Positions 38,110 to 48,748 of a stretch of DNA of 64,000 nucleotides are shown piece after piece (position 1 is the stretch's first letter; each line of letters starts with the position of its first letter). The DNA is from Bacillota bacterium (GTDB taxonomy: Bacteria; Bacillota; Clostridia; Acetivibrionales; Acetivibrionaceae), in NCBI GenBank assembly GCA_023398495.1, contig JAEWSG010000225.1:79316-143315 (forward strand), in the 5' to 3' direction. Under the pieces are notes generated by a model. That model searched no databases and had not been told where the DNA came from. It worked only from the letters and a program-made list of their open reading frames with translations. Position numbers and translations under genes: made by a program.

Positions 38110-38385
38110 TGCTTTTTTGTTATTCCTTAGTTATTCATTTTTTGATTCTGCCCTGTGAGAATAAAATTTCGCAGGGTGGTTTTACGTCTGGTGATTTGTT
38201 GTTTGTATAAAAGTTGTATTGGTTGGATGATTAAGTAAATTGATTACCATAGAAATAATTATGGTTTTTGTGTATTATTGAATTATAGTATATTTATTTA
38301 TGTAAATTATATTAGCATTGTTTTATAATGTACATGAAATTATTAATTTTTACGAATTGTTTTCTATGAAGGGAGAATGATGTAG

Positions 38386-39144
38386 TTGGATGTGCTAAAC
38401 CTTTTGAACTTTAATAAAAATAAAGTTGGTGTTAAAACTTCTAACGACGAGTTCATTTTCAGACTAAGGCAGATCAAGGAAGGCGACAAGCAATTAAGAG
38501 AAGACTTTATATCCAGTTATACTCCTTTCATGTTAAAAACCGCATCAAATATTATAGGCAGGTATATTGATATAAAGAATAGTGATGAATACAGCATTGC
38601 ATTATCGGCATTCAACGAGGCAATAGATTGTTATGATATGACAAAAAACTATAACTTTCTTTTGTTTAGCGAACACGTTATAAAAAAGCGACTTATTGAT
38701 CATATCAGAAGAAGTAAAAGGAATAAGGAACTTCCGTTTTCTTATTTTGAAAATGACAATGAAATGCTCGAAAAATATATAATTCCAGATTCAAGTATTA
38801 CCTTTGAAGATGTTGAGATAAGGGAAGAAATTATAGAATATAAAAAAACTTTGGAAGGTTATGGTATTACATTTGTTGATTTGATATCAAACGTACCAAA
38901 ACATGAAGATTCAAGAAGACTATGCATAAGAATTGCAAAACTTCTTGCAGATGACGAAGAATTGTTTAGATTACTACAGAAGTATAAAAACATTCCAAGG
39001 ACTGAACTTAAGAAAAAGGCAAAGGTACATGGAAGAACAATAGGAAACCATAGAAAGTATATTATAGCATTATGTTTGGTATTAAAAAGTAACCTTGAGC
39101 TTTCGAAGAGATATTTAAATAGTACAGAGAAAGGAGGAAGTTAA
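38386..39144 (+). CDS. sigI: Alternative sigma factor SigI
   Basis: Region-2/region-4 pattern like B. subtilis/C. thermocellum SigI ('YTPFMLKTASN…'). TTG start with a GAAGGGAG RBS. Followed by rsgI. Confidence 0.8.
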   Translation: MDVLNLLNFNKNKVGVKTSNDEFIFRLRQIKEGDKQLREDFISSYTPFMLKTASNIIGRYIDIKNSDEYSIALSAFNEAIDCYDMTKNYNFLLFSEHVIKKRLIDHIRRSKRNKELPFSYFENDNEMLEKYIIPDSSITFEDVEIREEIIEYKKTLEGYGITFVDLISNVPKHEDSRRLCIRIAKLLADDEELFRLLQKYKNIPRTELKKKAKVHGRTIGNHRKYIIALCLVLKSNLELSKRYLNSTEKGGS

Positions 39145-39146
39145 TT

Positions 39147-40604
39147 ATGAATAACCTTGGGGTTATATACGATATTAAAAATGATAAAGCAGTTATTCTT
39201 ACACGTAACAGCAATTTTATAATGATAAGCAGGCGTGAAGACATGTTTTTAGGTCAGCAGGTAACATTTGACGATAAGGATATTTATAGACCTAAAAAAA
39301 GTATGCATAGGGTTGTTGCACTATCTGCAAGTATAGCTGCCATATTTGTACTAATGTTTTTGTTTTCTCGTTTTGAACCTGCTGGTGCCAATGTGTTTGG
39401 ATATGTTGCTTTAGACATAAATCCAAGTATGGAATTTTGTATTGATAAGGATTTTGCAGTATTGGAAGCAGTTGCACTTAATGATGATGGGGCAAAATTA
39501 ATAGATGATGTTGAGGTTAAAAATAAGACAATAGAAAGTGTTATTATAGAAATTATAAAACAATCGAAGAGTGGTGGCTATATCAAGACAGGAGAAAAGA
39601 CTGATGTCTTGATTTCGGCTACGTTTATAGATGATAAGAAGGGAAAAAGTGCCGGTAATGAAGCTGACAAGGTAAATTTAGAAAAGCTTCTGGCGGAAAT
39701 CAAGAAAGACATATATGGTTACGATAGCAGTATTGTTGGCAGAATGTTACAGGTCACCTCTATGGAAAGAGAAGCAGCACAGAAGTATGGTGTTTCTATG
39801 GGAAAATACTATTTGTTCCTTAAGTCCAAGGACCAAGGTAAAGATATATCGATTGATGAATTAAGTTATATGAAGGTAACGGAATTAATTGATGGTATTG
39901 ATATCGAAATTGAACCTCAATCTCCTATCCCTGCTAAAGATCCTCGTTATACATTGTTGCCTGACTATACATCATCAAATAAGCTCAAACCGGAACAAAT
40001 ACCTACAGGTGAGCCGTCATCAAACCAGACACTATCACCGAAGCCGGAAGTTACACCAGCTTTACCTGAACCAATTTTTACGGATGCCAATACATTCAGC
40101 CCAACCTCGATACCTACACCTTTGGTTCAGAATCCAAAGGGTGATGTTGAAAAAAAATTGAAAATCAAGCATTACAGTGATGATCACAATGCTTTCTCAA
40201 AGGCTATACGTTGGGATTTTGTTGTTGAGAATACAGGAGATAATACAATTGATTTAAAAGATGTTAAGGTTAGATATTATTATATGGATGAAACAGACAA
40301 GAGTGTGAATTTTATGCCATATTTTTATAGCCTGGGAAATGAAAAAGCAGACATTAACGGTAAGGTACAAAAAGTTTCTGGGTTAAAAAATGCCAATAGA
40401 TACCTTGAGGTAACTTTTAATAAGGGCAGTGTTTCACCGGGAGAAACTGCATGGCTTTTTGGTGCATTGGTGCGGGAAGATTGGAGCGAGTTTAACCAGA
40501 AAGATGACTATTCATTTAACTCCGAAGCAAAAACATTTTCTGATTGGAACAGAATGACTGCATATTTATCCGATAGGCTTGTTTGGGGAATTGAGCCCGA
40601 ATAA
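39147..40604 (+). CDS. rsgI: Anti-sigma-I factor RsgI with a C-terminal CBM3 sensor domain
   Basis: RsgI N-domain, single TM 'VVALSASIAAIFVLMFLF', PT-rich linker, CBM3 'VKVRYYYMDETDKSVNF…WSEFNQKDDYSFNSEAKTFSDWNRMTAYLSDRLVWG'. Confidence 0.85.
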   Translation: MNNLGVIYDIKNDKAVILTRNSNFIMISRREDMFLGQQVTFDDKDIYRPKKSMHRVVALSASIAAIFVLMFLFSRFEPAGANVFGYVALDINPSMEFCIDKDFAVLEAVALNDDGAKLIDDVEVKNKTIESVIIEIIKQSKSGGYIKTGEKTDVLISATFIDDKKGKSAGNEADKVNLEKLLAEIKKDIYGYDSSIVGRMLQVTSMEREAAQKYGVSMGKYYLFLKSKDQGKDISIDELSYMKVTELIDGIDIEIEPQSPIPAKDPRYTLLPDYTSSNKLKPEQIPTGEPSSNQTLSPKPEVTPALPEPIFTDANTFSPTSIPTPLVQNPKGDVEKKLKIKHYSDDHNAFSKAIRWDFVVENTGDNTIDLKDVKVRYYYMDETDKSVNFMPYFYSLGNEKADINGKVQKVSGLKNANRYLEVTFNKGSVSPGETAWLFGALVREDWSEFNQKDDYSFNSEAKTFSDWNRMTAYLSDRLVWGIEPE

Positions 40605-40640
40605 AATGCGGCAGGGCTTCATCCTTGCTGCATTTTATGT
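40604..40640 (+). terminator. Hairpin with G·U pairs plus a U-tract after rsgI
   Basis: AATGCGGCAGGG cttcat CCTTGCTGCATTTT. Confidence 0.45.
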
Positions 40641-40850
40641 AAATCTTTATCGTGTTTAATATAGAATTGCAACGAAAGGTAATATATGGAATGGTGTTTT
40701 AAAAATTGCTTGAAAAATTAAGTTGTAAATGCTATTATAGTAATATAAATAGAAAATGTTACTACAATCTTGCTCATAATAACTAAAGAAATAGTTGATT
40801 TGCAGAATAATTTATAAAATAATAAAGTTTTTTTATTTTTTTACTTTTAT

Positions 40851-40880
40851 ATCCCCTAAAAATTCATACTATCTACGAAT
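40851..40880 (+). promoter_or_regulatory. Candidate sigma-I-type promoter (CCCC …N19… CGAAT) far upstream of the GH48 gene
   Basis: ATCCCC at 40851-40856 and CGAAT at 40876-40880. SigmaI promoters in Bacillus/C. thermocellum have a C-rich -35 and a CGAA -10. The spacing here is not verified against the consensus. Confidence 0.25.
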
Positions 40881-41460
40881 TAATTTAGTACTAACGCAAA
40901 AGTACATAACCAACTTGTTAACAACTAATATTGTCAAGGACTTCAGGCTTTAGTTAGTCTGATTAAGAATATATAGTTTGTAAAGTAAACAATTTTCTTT
41001 TGGAGGTGGCTTTCTAAGCATAAAAATTAGTATTGTTATTGTGATATTTTGTAATATTTGGTTGTGGGGTTATAATGATTTAATCTGAATTAGTATGTTT
41101 TTGTATTTGATTGCAGTATACCTCTTGAAATTCATTTCACAAACATCTTACCCATTCTTTGTTGTATTTCAAATAACTTCCTACTATTACTTGAGATATA
41201 AACACAATTAATTGTGTTTTGGTTAAGTTAACCCGTTAGCTTAACTTTATAGCTTAAATTTTTGTGCAAGTCATTTTTATCACAGGGGGTGAAGGTAGTT
41301 TTAACTAGCGATAGTTTGCAATTCAATTGGCTTAGCTGACATGGCAAAATGTATGAACCGGTAATACCGGTGTCCTGTTAAACCGTTTTATAATTAATTT
41401 TAATGGTTTAAAGGAGTTTATTAATTATTGTTTGATTTCTGAAGGGAGGATATTTAAAAC

Positions 41461-43608
41461 ATGAAAAAAACGGCTGTATTTTTATTAGTTTTTTCATTAT
41501 TGACAGCATCGATACCAGCTGCATCAGTTAGTGCAGCATCTGGTGATGGTTACAAGGAGAAATTTACTGAGTTGTATGACGTAATACATGACCCATCAAC
41601 TGGGTACTTTGATTCAGAGGGAATACCTTATCACTCAGTTGAAACATTGTGTGTTGAAGCACCTGACTATGGTCATGAGTCAACATCCGAGGCTGCAAGT
41701 TATTATCTCTGGCTTGAGGCTATGAACGGTAAAATTAATAATGAGTGGGATGGTATAGGTAAAGCTTGGGATGTAATAGAAAAGTACTTTATTCCGTCTG
41801 ATTCAATCCAGAAGGGTATGGATAAGTATAAGTCTTCAGCACCTGGAGGATATGCTAGTGAGCACCCACTCCCAGACAACTATCCATCTATGGGAGAAAG
41901 TATAGCAGTTGGTTCAGACCCAATACACCAAGAACTGGTTTCAGCATACAACACATATTCAATGTACGGTATGCATTGGTTGGTTGACGTTGATAACTGG
42001 TATGGTTACGGAACGGGTACAGATTGTACATATATAAATACTTACCAAAGAGGAGAGCAGGAATCAGTTTTTGAAACAGTTCCTCATCCTTCAATTGAGA
42101 CCTTTAAATACGGTGGAACACAAGGATTTGCAGACCTGTTTATGGCTGGATCTACAGTTCCTAAGTGGGCATTCACTACTGCTTCGGATGCTGACGGACG
42201 TGTAATACAGGTACAGTATTGGGCAGATAAGTGGGCAGATGAAAATGGTGTTAGCTTAAGTACTTATAACGCAAAAGCTGCTAAGCTGGGTGACTACTTA
42301 AGATACTCATTGTTTGACAAATACTTCATGAAAATTGGAGCACAAGCTAAGACTCCTGCTTCAGGATATGGTTCTTGTCATTATCTCCTTGCTTGGTACT
42401 ATGCTTGGGGTGGTTCAAATACAGGTGACTGGTCATGGAAGATTGGATGTAGCCATGTTCACTGGGGTTATCAAGCTCCTTTTGCAGCTTACGTATTGGC
42501 TAATGAAGCAGACTTCAAACCAAAGTCATCAAATGGTTCTAAAGACTGGGCAACAAGTTATCAGAGACAATTGGAATTATACACATACCTGCAATCTGCA
42601 GAAGGCGGTATAGCAGGTGGAGTTACAAACTCTGTTGGAGGACAATACAAGCCTTATACTAGTAATTCAACTTTCTACGATATGGTTTATGATTACGCTC
42701 CTGTTTACCGTGACCCACCAAGTAACAACTGGTTCGGTATGCAAGCATGGTCAATGCAACGTATGTGTGAAGTTTACTATGAAACTGGAAATGAATTGGC
42801 TAAAGAGCTTTGTGACAAGTGGGTTGCTTGGGCAGAAAGTGAGTGTACAGTTTCAGGCGATACATGGAAGATTCCTTCAACGTTGTCATGGACTGGTGAG
42901 CCAGACAAGTGGACAGGTTCAAGATCAGACAATTCCAACCTTCATGTTGAAGTAGCTAATTATGGTAGTGACATAGGTATTACAGGATCAGTTTCAAATG
43001 CATTTATGTTCTACGATCAAGCTACTCAAAAGTGGGGAGGAGATACTGCATTAGGTAAGAAAGCAGCTGACAAGGCTCTTGCATTGTTGAATGTAGTATG
43101 GGATAATGCTCGTGACGAGAAAGGTGTAGGTATTACTGAATCTAACGGATCATTAAGCCGTATGTTTACACAAACAGTTTACATTCCATCAGGATGGACT
43201 GGAAAAATGCCTAATGGTGATGTAATTAAGTCTGGCATTAAGTTTATAGACATTCGTTCAAAATATAAGGATGATCCTTGGTATGAAGGCGTTAAGAACC
43301 AAACTGAGGATAATCTCTTTGAGTTCAAACTTCATAGATTCTGGCATCAGGTTGACTATGCAGTAGCTTTAGGTGTAGCTGGAATGTTCGGTTACGATGG
43401 TGGAGGTACTACTGATGCTGGTGACGTAGATGGTAACGGAAAAGTTAATGCTATTGACTTTGCGTTGATGAGACAAGATTTGCTCGGACAAATTAACTTT
43501 ACTCCTGCACAGGAGAAAGCAGCAGATGTTGATGGTAATGGAATATTCAATTCAATCGACTTTGCTAAGATGAGACAGTTCTTGCTCGGACAGATTAAAT
43601 CATTTTAA
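41461..43608 (+). CDS. Cellulosomal GH48 exoglucanase (Cel48S-like) with a C-terminal type-I dockerin
   Basis: 'GYFDSEGIPYHSVETLCVEAPDYGHESTSEAASYYLWLEAM' is a GH48 signature. Dockerin 'DVDGNGKVNAIDFALMRQDLLG' and 'DVDGNGIFNSIDFAKMRQFLLG'. Signal peptide. GGGAGGA RBS. Confidence 0.9.
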   Translation: MKKTAVFLLVFSLLTASIPAASVSAASGDGYKEKFTELYDVIHDPSTGYFDSEGIPYHSVETLCVEAPDYGHESTSEAASYYLWLEAMNGKINNEWDGIGKAWDVIEKYFIPSDSIQKGMDKYKSSAPGGYASEHPLPDNYPSMGESIAVGSDPIHQELVSAYNTYSMYGMHWLVDVDNWYGYGTGTDCTYINTYQRGEQESVFETVPHPSIETFKYGGTQGFADLFMAGSTVPKWAFTTASDADGRVIQVQYWADKWADENGVSLSTYNAKAAKLGDYLRYSLFDKYFMKIGAQAKTPASGYGSCHYLLAWYYAWGGSNTGDWSWKIGCSHVHWGYQAPFAAYVLANEADFKPKSSNGSKDWATSYQRQLELYTYLQSAEGGIAGGVTNSVGGQYKPYTSNSTFYDMVYDYAPVYRDPPSNNWFGMQAWSMQRMCEVYYETGNELAKELCDKWVAWAESECTVSGDTWKIPSTLSWTGEPDKWTGSRSDNSNLHVEVANYGSDIGITGSVSNAFMFYDQATQKWGGDTALGKKAADKALALLNVVWDNARDEKGVGITESNGSLSRMFTQTVYIPSGWTGKMPNGDVIKSGIKFIDIRSKYKDDPWYEGVKNQTEDNLFEFKLHRFWHQVDYAVALGVAGMFGYDGGGTTDAGDVDGNGKVNAIDFALMRQDLLGQINFTPAQEKAADVDGNGIFNSIDFAKMRQFLLGQIKSF

Positions 43609-43634
43609 TAGTTAAATATATTACTTATAGTTTT

Positions 43635-43674
43635 AGCAGGAGTTTAAGCATTTAGCTTGAACTCCTGCTTTTTA
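43635..43674 (+). terminator. Rho-independent terminator of the GH48 gene
   Basis: AGCAGGAGTT…AACTCCTGCT followed by TTTTT. Confidence 0.7.
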
Positions 43675-43773
43675 TTATAGATGAAAACCTCAAAACTAAA
43701 ATTTAAGGACGTTTTTCATCTAAATTAGATAACGTTTGGATGCTATATAAATTTAACTTTGTGTACGTTATCT
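43674..43773 (+). repeat. Structured intergenic element, family F1, copy b
   Basis: About 90% identical to 15275-15376. Same two hairpins (GATGAAAAC/GTTTTTCATC; AGATAACGT/ACGTTATCT). Begins in the terminator U-tract. Confidence 0.55.
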
Positions 43774-44053
43774 ATATTTATGAACTATAGATTTATGTAA
43801 TTATGTTTGCTAAAAAACATACTTTTTGAGAAGAATAGCATAATATAGATAATGTACACTAAAGTTAAATAAATTGAATTGATATATACTGGCAGTATAA
43901 GGGAAGTGGCAGACAAAAAGAGATAAATTATATTAGTTTTTTTAGAATAAATTATTAAAATTATTAGTATTATCATAAATTTATATGATTTTATGACGAA
44001 ATATAGTATAATATAAAAAAATGTGTCTATGCCAATAAAATAGGAGTGAATTT

Positions 44054-44482
44054 TTGAAGGAGCTGATACTTGTGTCGGATAAAAACAAGGTGGAGGTCAG
44101 AATAGGCGGCAAAGATTACACTTTGATAGGTGTCGAGTCTGAGGAGTATATACAAAAGGTAGCACTTTATATTGACAAAAAAATGAATGAGATAATGCGG
44201 GTTAACAACAAGCTCAGCACTTCTATGGCTTCTGTTCTTTCAGCGGTTAATGTTGCAGATGATTATTTTAAAGCATTTGAAAATGTAATTAATTTAAACA
44301 AGGAACTAAAGGCAGCAAATGAGGAAATTGAGAGATTAAAGGAAGAAAACCGCAGACTGACCAATGAAAATGCAATTGTTAGCAACAAAAATACCAATTT
44401 TCAGCTTGAACTGGCTAAAAGGGAAGCAGAGCTGAGTGAAGTGAGGAATTCCCTTGAGAAGATCACTAAAGCACGGCTGTAA
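44054..44482 (+). CDS. zapA: Cell-division protein ZapA
   Basis: 'KVEVRIGGKDYTLIGVESEEYIQKVALYIDKKM' ZapA fold, followed by a coiled coil. Confidence 0.75.
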   Translation: MKELILVSDKNKVEVRIGGKDYTLIGVESEEYIQKVALYIDKKMNEIMRVNNKLSTSMASVLSAVNVADDYFKAFENVINLNKELKAANEEIERLKEENRRLTNENAIVSNKNTNFQLELAKREAELSEVRNSLEKITKARL

Positions 44483-44504
44483 TAAGCTAATAGCTGAACA
44501 AATA

Positions 44505-44530
44505 AAATAGCGCCTAATGCGCTTTTTTTG
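44505..44530 (+). terminator. Short GC hairpin plus T7 after zapA
   Basis: AGCGC ctaat GCGCT TTTTTTG. Confidence 0.45.
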
Positions 44531-44561
44531 TGTATAATCAATACTATATTGAACTATTATA

Positions 44562-45449
44562 GTGATGGTGATAATTATGAAGATGGTATTTATATTTATA
44601 GACGGATTTGGTTTGGGTGAGGCAAATAGTGAAAAAAACCCGCTCAATCGTGCAAATACACCGGCATTGGATTATATTCAGAAGGTAGGAAAGGTAATGG
44701 CTACCGATGCGTCCCTTGGCATACCAGGACTTCCTCAAAGTGCAACCGGTCAGACTACTATTTTTACAGGTGAAAATGCCTCAAAGGTATTGGGAAGGCA
44801 CTTGCATGGGCAACCTACTGTTACCTTAAGGGAGCTTATTAAAAAAGATAATATGTTTATGGAACTTTTAAAAAGGGGATTAAAGGTTACAAATGCCAAT
44901 GTATATAGAACTGAGTACCTTGAAAAAATGTTTGACCCTGAGGAAAGGAAGCTGCGGCCATCAGTAACCACAGTGATGACGTTTGCAAGCGGAATAAAAT
45001 TTAGATCAGTAGAAGATTATAAAATGGGCAAGGGTGTATATCATGACATAACAGGGGAAATTTTAGTAGAAGGTGGCTATGTGGAAAGTGTTATTTCACC
45101 TGGTGAGGCAGCCCGAAGGCTTTATAATATAAGTAGGGAATATGATTTTACGTTATTTGAACATTTTATGACAGATATAATAGGGCATAAAATGGATATG
45201 AGAGAAGCAGTTTCGGAAATAGAGCTCCTTGACAGCTTCCTCGGTGAACTGTTAAAACTTGTTGACCTTGATGATGACGTGATTTTTATTACGAGTGACC
45301 ACGGTAATATAGAGGATATTTCTGTTAAAACACATACATTTAATATGGTTCCAACGGTGATACTAGGAAGAGTTAACCAAATTGATTCAGTTAAAGTTGA
45401 GTCGCTGACTGATATTTTACCTGCAGTGCTAAAAATATTTGATTCATAA
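44562..45449 (+). CDS. Alkaline-phosphatase-superfamily metalloenzyme (phosphopentomutase / cofactor-independent phosphoglycerate mutase-like)
   Basis: 'FIFIDGFGLG' metal-binding N-terminus and 'ITSDHGN' C-terminal motif typical of this metalloenzyme family. Confidence 0.55.
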   Translation: MMVIIMKMVFIFIDGFGLGEANSEKNPLNRANTPALDYIQKVGKVMATDASLGIPGLPQSATGQTTIFTGENASKVLGRHLHGQPTVTLRELIKKDNMFMELLKRGLKVTNANVYRTEYLEKMFDPEERKLRPSVTTVMTFASGIKFRSVEDYKMGKGVYHDITGEILVEGGYVESVISPGEAARRLYNISREYDFTLFEHFMTDIIGHKMDMREAVSEIELLDSFLGELLKLVDLDDDVIFITSDHGNIEDISVKTHTFNMVPTVILGRVNQIDSVKVESLTDILPAVLKIFDS

Positions 45450-45495
45450 AAGTTTCAAGTATTAATAAATGGAGTTCTTGAGTAGGAGATAGGAT

Positions 45496-48015
45496 ATGGA
45501 TTTTGATAAAGTTGAGTTGCTAGCTCCTTCAGGAGATTGGGAAGCTTTTTTAGCAGCTGTTGAAAATGGAGCGGACGCTGTTTATCTTGGAGGGAAACTT
45601 TTTAATGCAAGGCAGTTTGCCTCAAACTTTGATAACGAGAAGTTGGCAGAGGCACTAAAGTATGCCCATGTAAGAGGAGTGAGCATATATCTTACAATGA
45701 ACACTCTTATGGGAGATGACGAACTTATGGAAGCTGTGCAGTTTTTGAAGGAAGCCTATATTGCAGGTATTGATGGTATAATTGTGCAGGATATGGGTTT
45801 TGTAAGGCTTATAAAAAGTCTCTTTCCTGACCTTCCAATACATGCCAGTACTCAGATGACTGTATATAATATAGATGGGGTCAGACTTCTTGAACAAATT
45901 GGCTTTGAGAGGGTAGTTCTTGCAAGAGAACTATCTTTGGAAGAGATTAAAAATATAACTGCCAATACCTCAGCTGAAATTGAGGTTTTCGTACATGGAG
46001 CTTTATGTATATCCTATTCGGGACAATGCCTTATGAGCAGTATAATTGGTGGAAGGAGTGGCAACAGGGGTAAATGTGCTCAACCTTGCAGGCTGCCTTT
46101 TGAATTGATAGGTAATGACAGTGGAAAAGTTGCAAATGGTACATGTAAGGGTTCATACATAATGAGCCCGAAAGATTTGTGTAGTGTTCAAATTTTGAAC
46201 GAACTTTTAGAAGCAGGGGTCAAATCGTTAAAAATCGAGGGAAGAATGAAGGGCCCGGAATATGTCGGGATTGTTGCAAGAGTATATAGAAAATATCTGG
46301 ACAGGCTTGCAGCCGACAAAGAAAACACAAAGCTGCAATATGCTGTTGAAGATAACGATTTAAGAGGTTTGACCCAGATATTTAACCGTGGAGGTTTTTC
46401 AAAGGGATACCTTGAGGGTAAGATAGGAAGCACGATGATGAGTTATGAAAAGCCGAAAAACTGGGGCATATGGTTGGGAAATGTTATTTCCTATGACAGA
46501 GCTTCAATGGCATTAAAGCTCCTTCTAAAAACTGATATTTCCATGGGGGATGGAATAGAGGTCTGGAATGGTGAAGAGCAAAGTCCGAGCACTGTAGTAA
46601 CCGGGCTTGAATTGAACGGTAGAAGGGTTGATACTGCCAAAGCAGGGGAAACGGTTTGGATAAGAAGTGTAAAGGGAAATATATCAAAGGATAACAAGGT
46701 GTACAAAACATCGGATAAAAAGCTTAACATTATGACGCTTGATACTATTTCCGGAAAATTTTATCGGAAAGTTTTAATAAAAGGTAATTTATCCGTTAGG
46801 AAAAAGCAGCCGATAGTTCTAGAGATCAAGGATGATATGGGAAATGATATAACTGTTAGGGGTTCATTTATATCTGAAGAGGCTGTGAACAGACCGATTA
46901 CAAAAGAAAGAATTCTAGAACAGCTCAATAAAACCGGAAATACTCCTTTTGAATTTGAAGATGTGGAGGTTACGCTTGAAGAAAATCTGGCCTTGCCTAT
47001 AAGTGAGATCAATAATATCAGGCGCAGTGCTCTCGAACAGCTTGAGTTAAAAAGGACTATGCGGTACCAAAGGAAATTGTCGGAGAATTTTGATGAAAAA
47101 CAAAAGGGTCTGGTGTATTTCCCGGGAAATAGTCGAAATAAAGACAACAAATTGGCAATTTCAGCATGTATATATAAATTTAATGATAAAATAGATTATG
47201 GAAGTCTTGGCGTTGATAGATTGTACTTACCCTTTGGGGCTATGCTGACACAAAAATCGAAAAAATCAATTATTGATTTGAGAAGCAAAGGTCATGAAGT
47301 ATACATATACATGCCTTCAATAACCAGGGGAAACTATGATGACTTAATCGGATCAAGGCTGGATGAAATTATAGATGTCGGGATAAATGGCCTGCTTGTT
47401 GGAAATATTGGGTTTTTAGGTCAGGAGAAATATGTATCCAGGATTAATACAATGGGGGATTACTCTTTAAATTGCTTTAACAGTTCCTCTTTAATGCAGT
47501 TTGCCCAAATGGGGTTAAAGGGTGTTACCCTGTCTCTTGAATTGACACTAAACCAGATACGAAAGCTTGCAGATATTCCAAACCTTATGAAAGAGGCAGT
47601 AGTTTATGGAAGAATACCTGTTATGACGAGTGAATATTGCCCTGTAGGAAGTATAGCGGGTGGATTTGACTCTAAGACAAAGTGCAGTGTTGCATGTAAG
47701 AGAAGTGAACATTATTTGAAAGACAGGATGGGTGCAATATTTCCCGTTATATGTGACAGAGTGGATTGCAGGAGTACAGTTTTTAATTCCAATGTAATAC
47801 TTTTAGAAGAAAGTATTGATAAAATAAAGCAGGCAGGTGTTGATATTATCAGGTTGAATTTTACTGACGAAACTTATGATGAGATGGTTGAAATTTCTCA
47901 CCTGCACAGAGCTTTAGCTGAGAAAGGAAAGGAAGCATTGCGGCAATACGACAGATTAATTGATAGAATAAAAAAGCAAGGCTTTACTAAAGGTCACTAT
48001 TTCAGAGGGGTATAG
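45496..48015 (+). CDS. Peptidase U32 family protein (long form with a C-terminal extension)
   Basis: 'ELLAPSGDWEAFLAAVENGADAVYLGG' and 'E…GALCISYSGQCLMSS' U32 signature. Confidence 0.85.
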   Translation: MDFDKVELLAPSGDWEAFLAAVENGADAVYLGGKLFNARQFASNFDNEKLAEALKYAHVRGVSIYLTMNTLMGDDELMEAVQFLKEAYIAGIDGIIVQDMGFVRLIKSLFPDLPIHASTQMTVYNIDGVRLLEQIGFERVVLARELSLEEIKNITANTSAEIEVFVHGALCISYSGQCLMSSIIGGRSGNRGKCAQPCRLPFELIGNDSGKVANGTCKGSYIMSPKDLCSVQILNELLEAGVKSLKIEGRMKGPEYVGIVARVYRKYLDRLAADKENTKLQYAVEDNDLRGLTQIFNRGGFSKGYLEGKIGSTMMSYEKPKNWGIWLGNVISYDRASMALKLLLKTDISMGDGIEVWNGEEQSPSTVVTGLELNGRRVDTAKAGETVWIRSVKGNISKDNKVYKTSDKKLNIMTLDTISGKFYRKVLIKGNLSVRKKQPIVLEIKDDMGNDITVRGSFISEEAVNRPITKERILEQLNKTGNTPFEFEDVEVTLEENLALPISEINNIRRSALEQLELKRTMRYQRKLSENFDEKQKGLVYFPGNSRNKDNKLAISACIYKFNDKIDYGSLGVDRLYLPFGAMLTQKSKKSIIDLRSKGHEVYIYMPSITRGNYDDLIGSRLDEIIDVGINGLLVGNIGFLGQEKYVSRINTMGDYSLNCFNSSSLMQFAQMGLKGVTLSLELTLNQIRKLADIPNLMKEAVVYGRIPVMTSEYCPVGSIAGGFDSKTKCSVACKRSEHYLKDRMGAIFPVICDRVDCRSTVFNSNVILLEESIDKIKQAGVDIIRLNFTDETYDEMVEISHLHRALAEKGKEALRQYDRLIDRIKKQGFTKGHYFRGV

Positions 48016-48071
48016 AAACTAATGGAAGTCTTGCTTGTTGATAAGAGGTTTTATTTTTTTGGAGGTGTTTT

Positions 48072-48569
48072 ATGTCGAATAATATTGAGGTTTATTTGGA
48101 AGTGTGTCGTGAAGGTGCTGTAATACCCTCATATGCAAAAGAAGGGGATGCAGGTATGGATGTATGTGCAGCACAGGAGGTTTTAATAGCACCTGGGGAA
48201 ACAGTAATTATTCCAACAGGGATTAAACTGGCCATTCCTGTTGGTTATGAAATACAGGTAAGGCCGAGAAGCGGAATATCGCTAAAAACGCCTTTAAGGC
48301 TCTCCAATAGTCCTGGAACTATCGATAGTGGATATAGGGATGAGCTTGGTATTATAATGACAAACACTTCTGAGAGTGCTTTTAGTGACAAAATATTTGA
48401 TATTAATTCCAAGGGAAACAGCAAAGGAACATACAGGATAAAGAAAGGTGACAGAATCGCTCAAATAGTATTGCAGGTCGTACCCAAAATGAGCTTCACA
48501 GTAGTTGATTCAGTTGGGAATATAGGAAGCAACAGAGGCGGTGGCTTTGGTTCTACGGGTGTAAGATAA
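48072..48569 (+). CDS. dut: dUTP diphosphatase
   Basis: 'AGMDV', 'PRSG', 'GTIDSGYRDELGIIMTN', 'GDRIAQIV' dUTPase motifs. GGAGGTG RBS. Confidence 0.9.
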   Translation: MSNNIEVYLEVCREGAVIPSYAKEGDAGMDVCAAQEVLIAPGETVIIPTGIKLAIPVGYEIQVRPRSGISLKTPLRLSNSPGTIDSGYRDELGIIMTNTSESAFSDKIFDINSKGNSKGTYRIKKGDRIAQIVLQVVPKMSFTVVDSVGNIGSNRGGGFGSTGVR

Positions 48570-48602
48570 TGTTGGCAAGAAAATATAGGTATTTATGGGT
48601 GC

Positions 48603-48633
48603 ATATTTTTCTTCACATTTATTAAATGCACCC
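48603..48633. repeat. Second copy of the 31-nt repeat (see 29822-29852), inside the hairpin GGGTGCAT…ATGCACCC
   Basis: Exact identity. The hairpin at 48598-48633 is followed by GTTATTTATT and may terminate dut. Confidence 0.5.
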
Positions 48634-48748
48634 GTTATTTATTAATGTCCTGTCTAGGAATAAGTGAAAACTTAACTGATGTTATGTTTTCAGCATTCCT
48701 CGACAGGACATTAATGGGGGTGGGTTCTAAGCGTATAAGTCTGAATGC

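Noticed and set aside
38321-38360. Sigma-I autoregulatory promoter upstream of sigI
   Set aside because: A CGAAT is present at 38352-38356, but there is no C-rich -35 at a suitable distance. Not reported as a feature.
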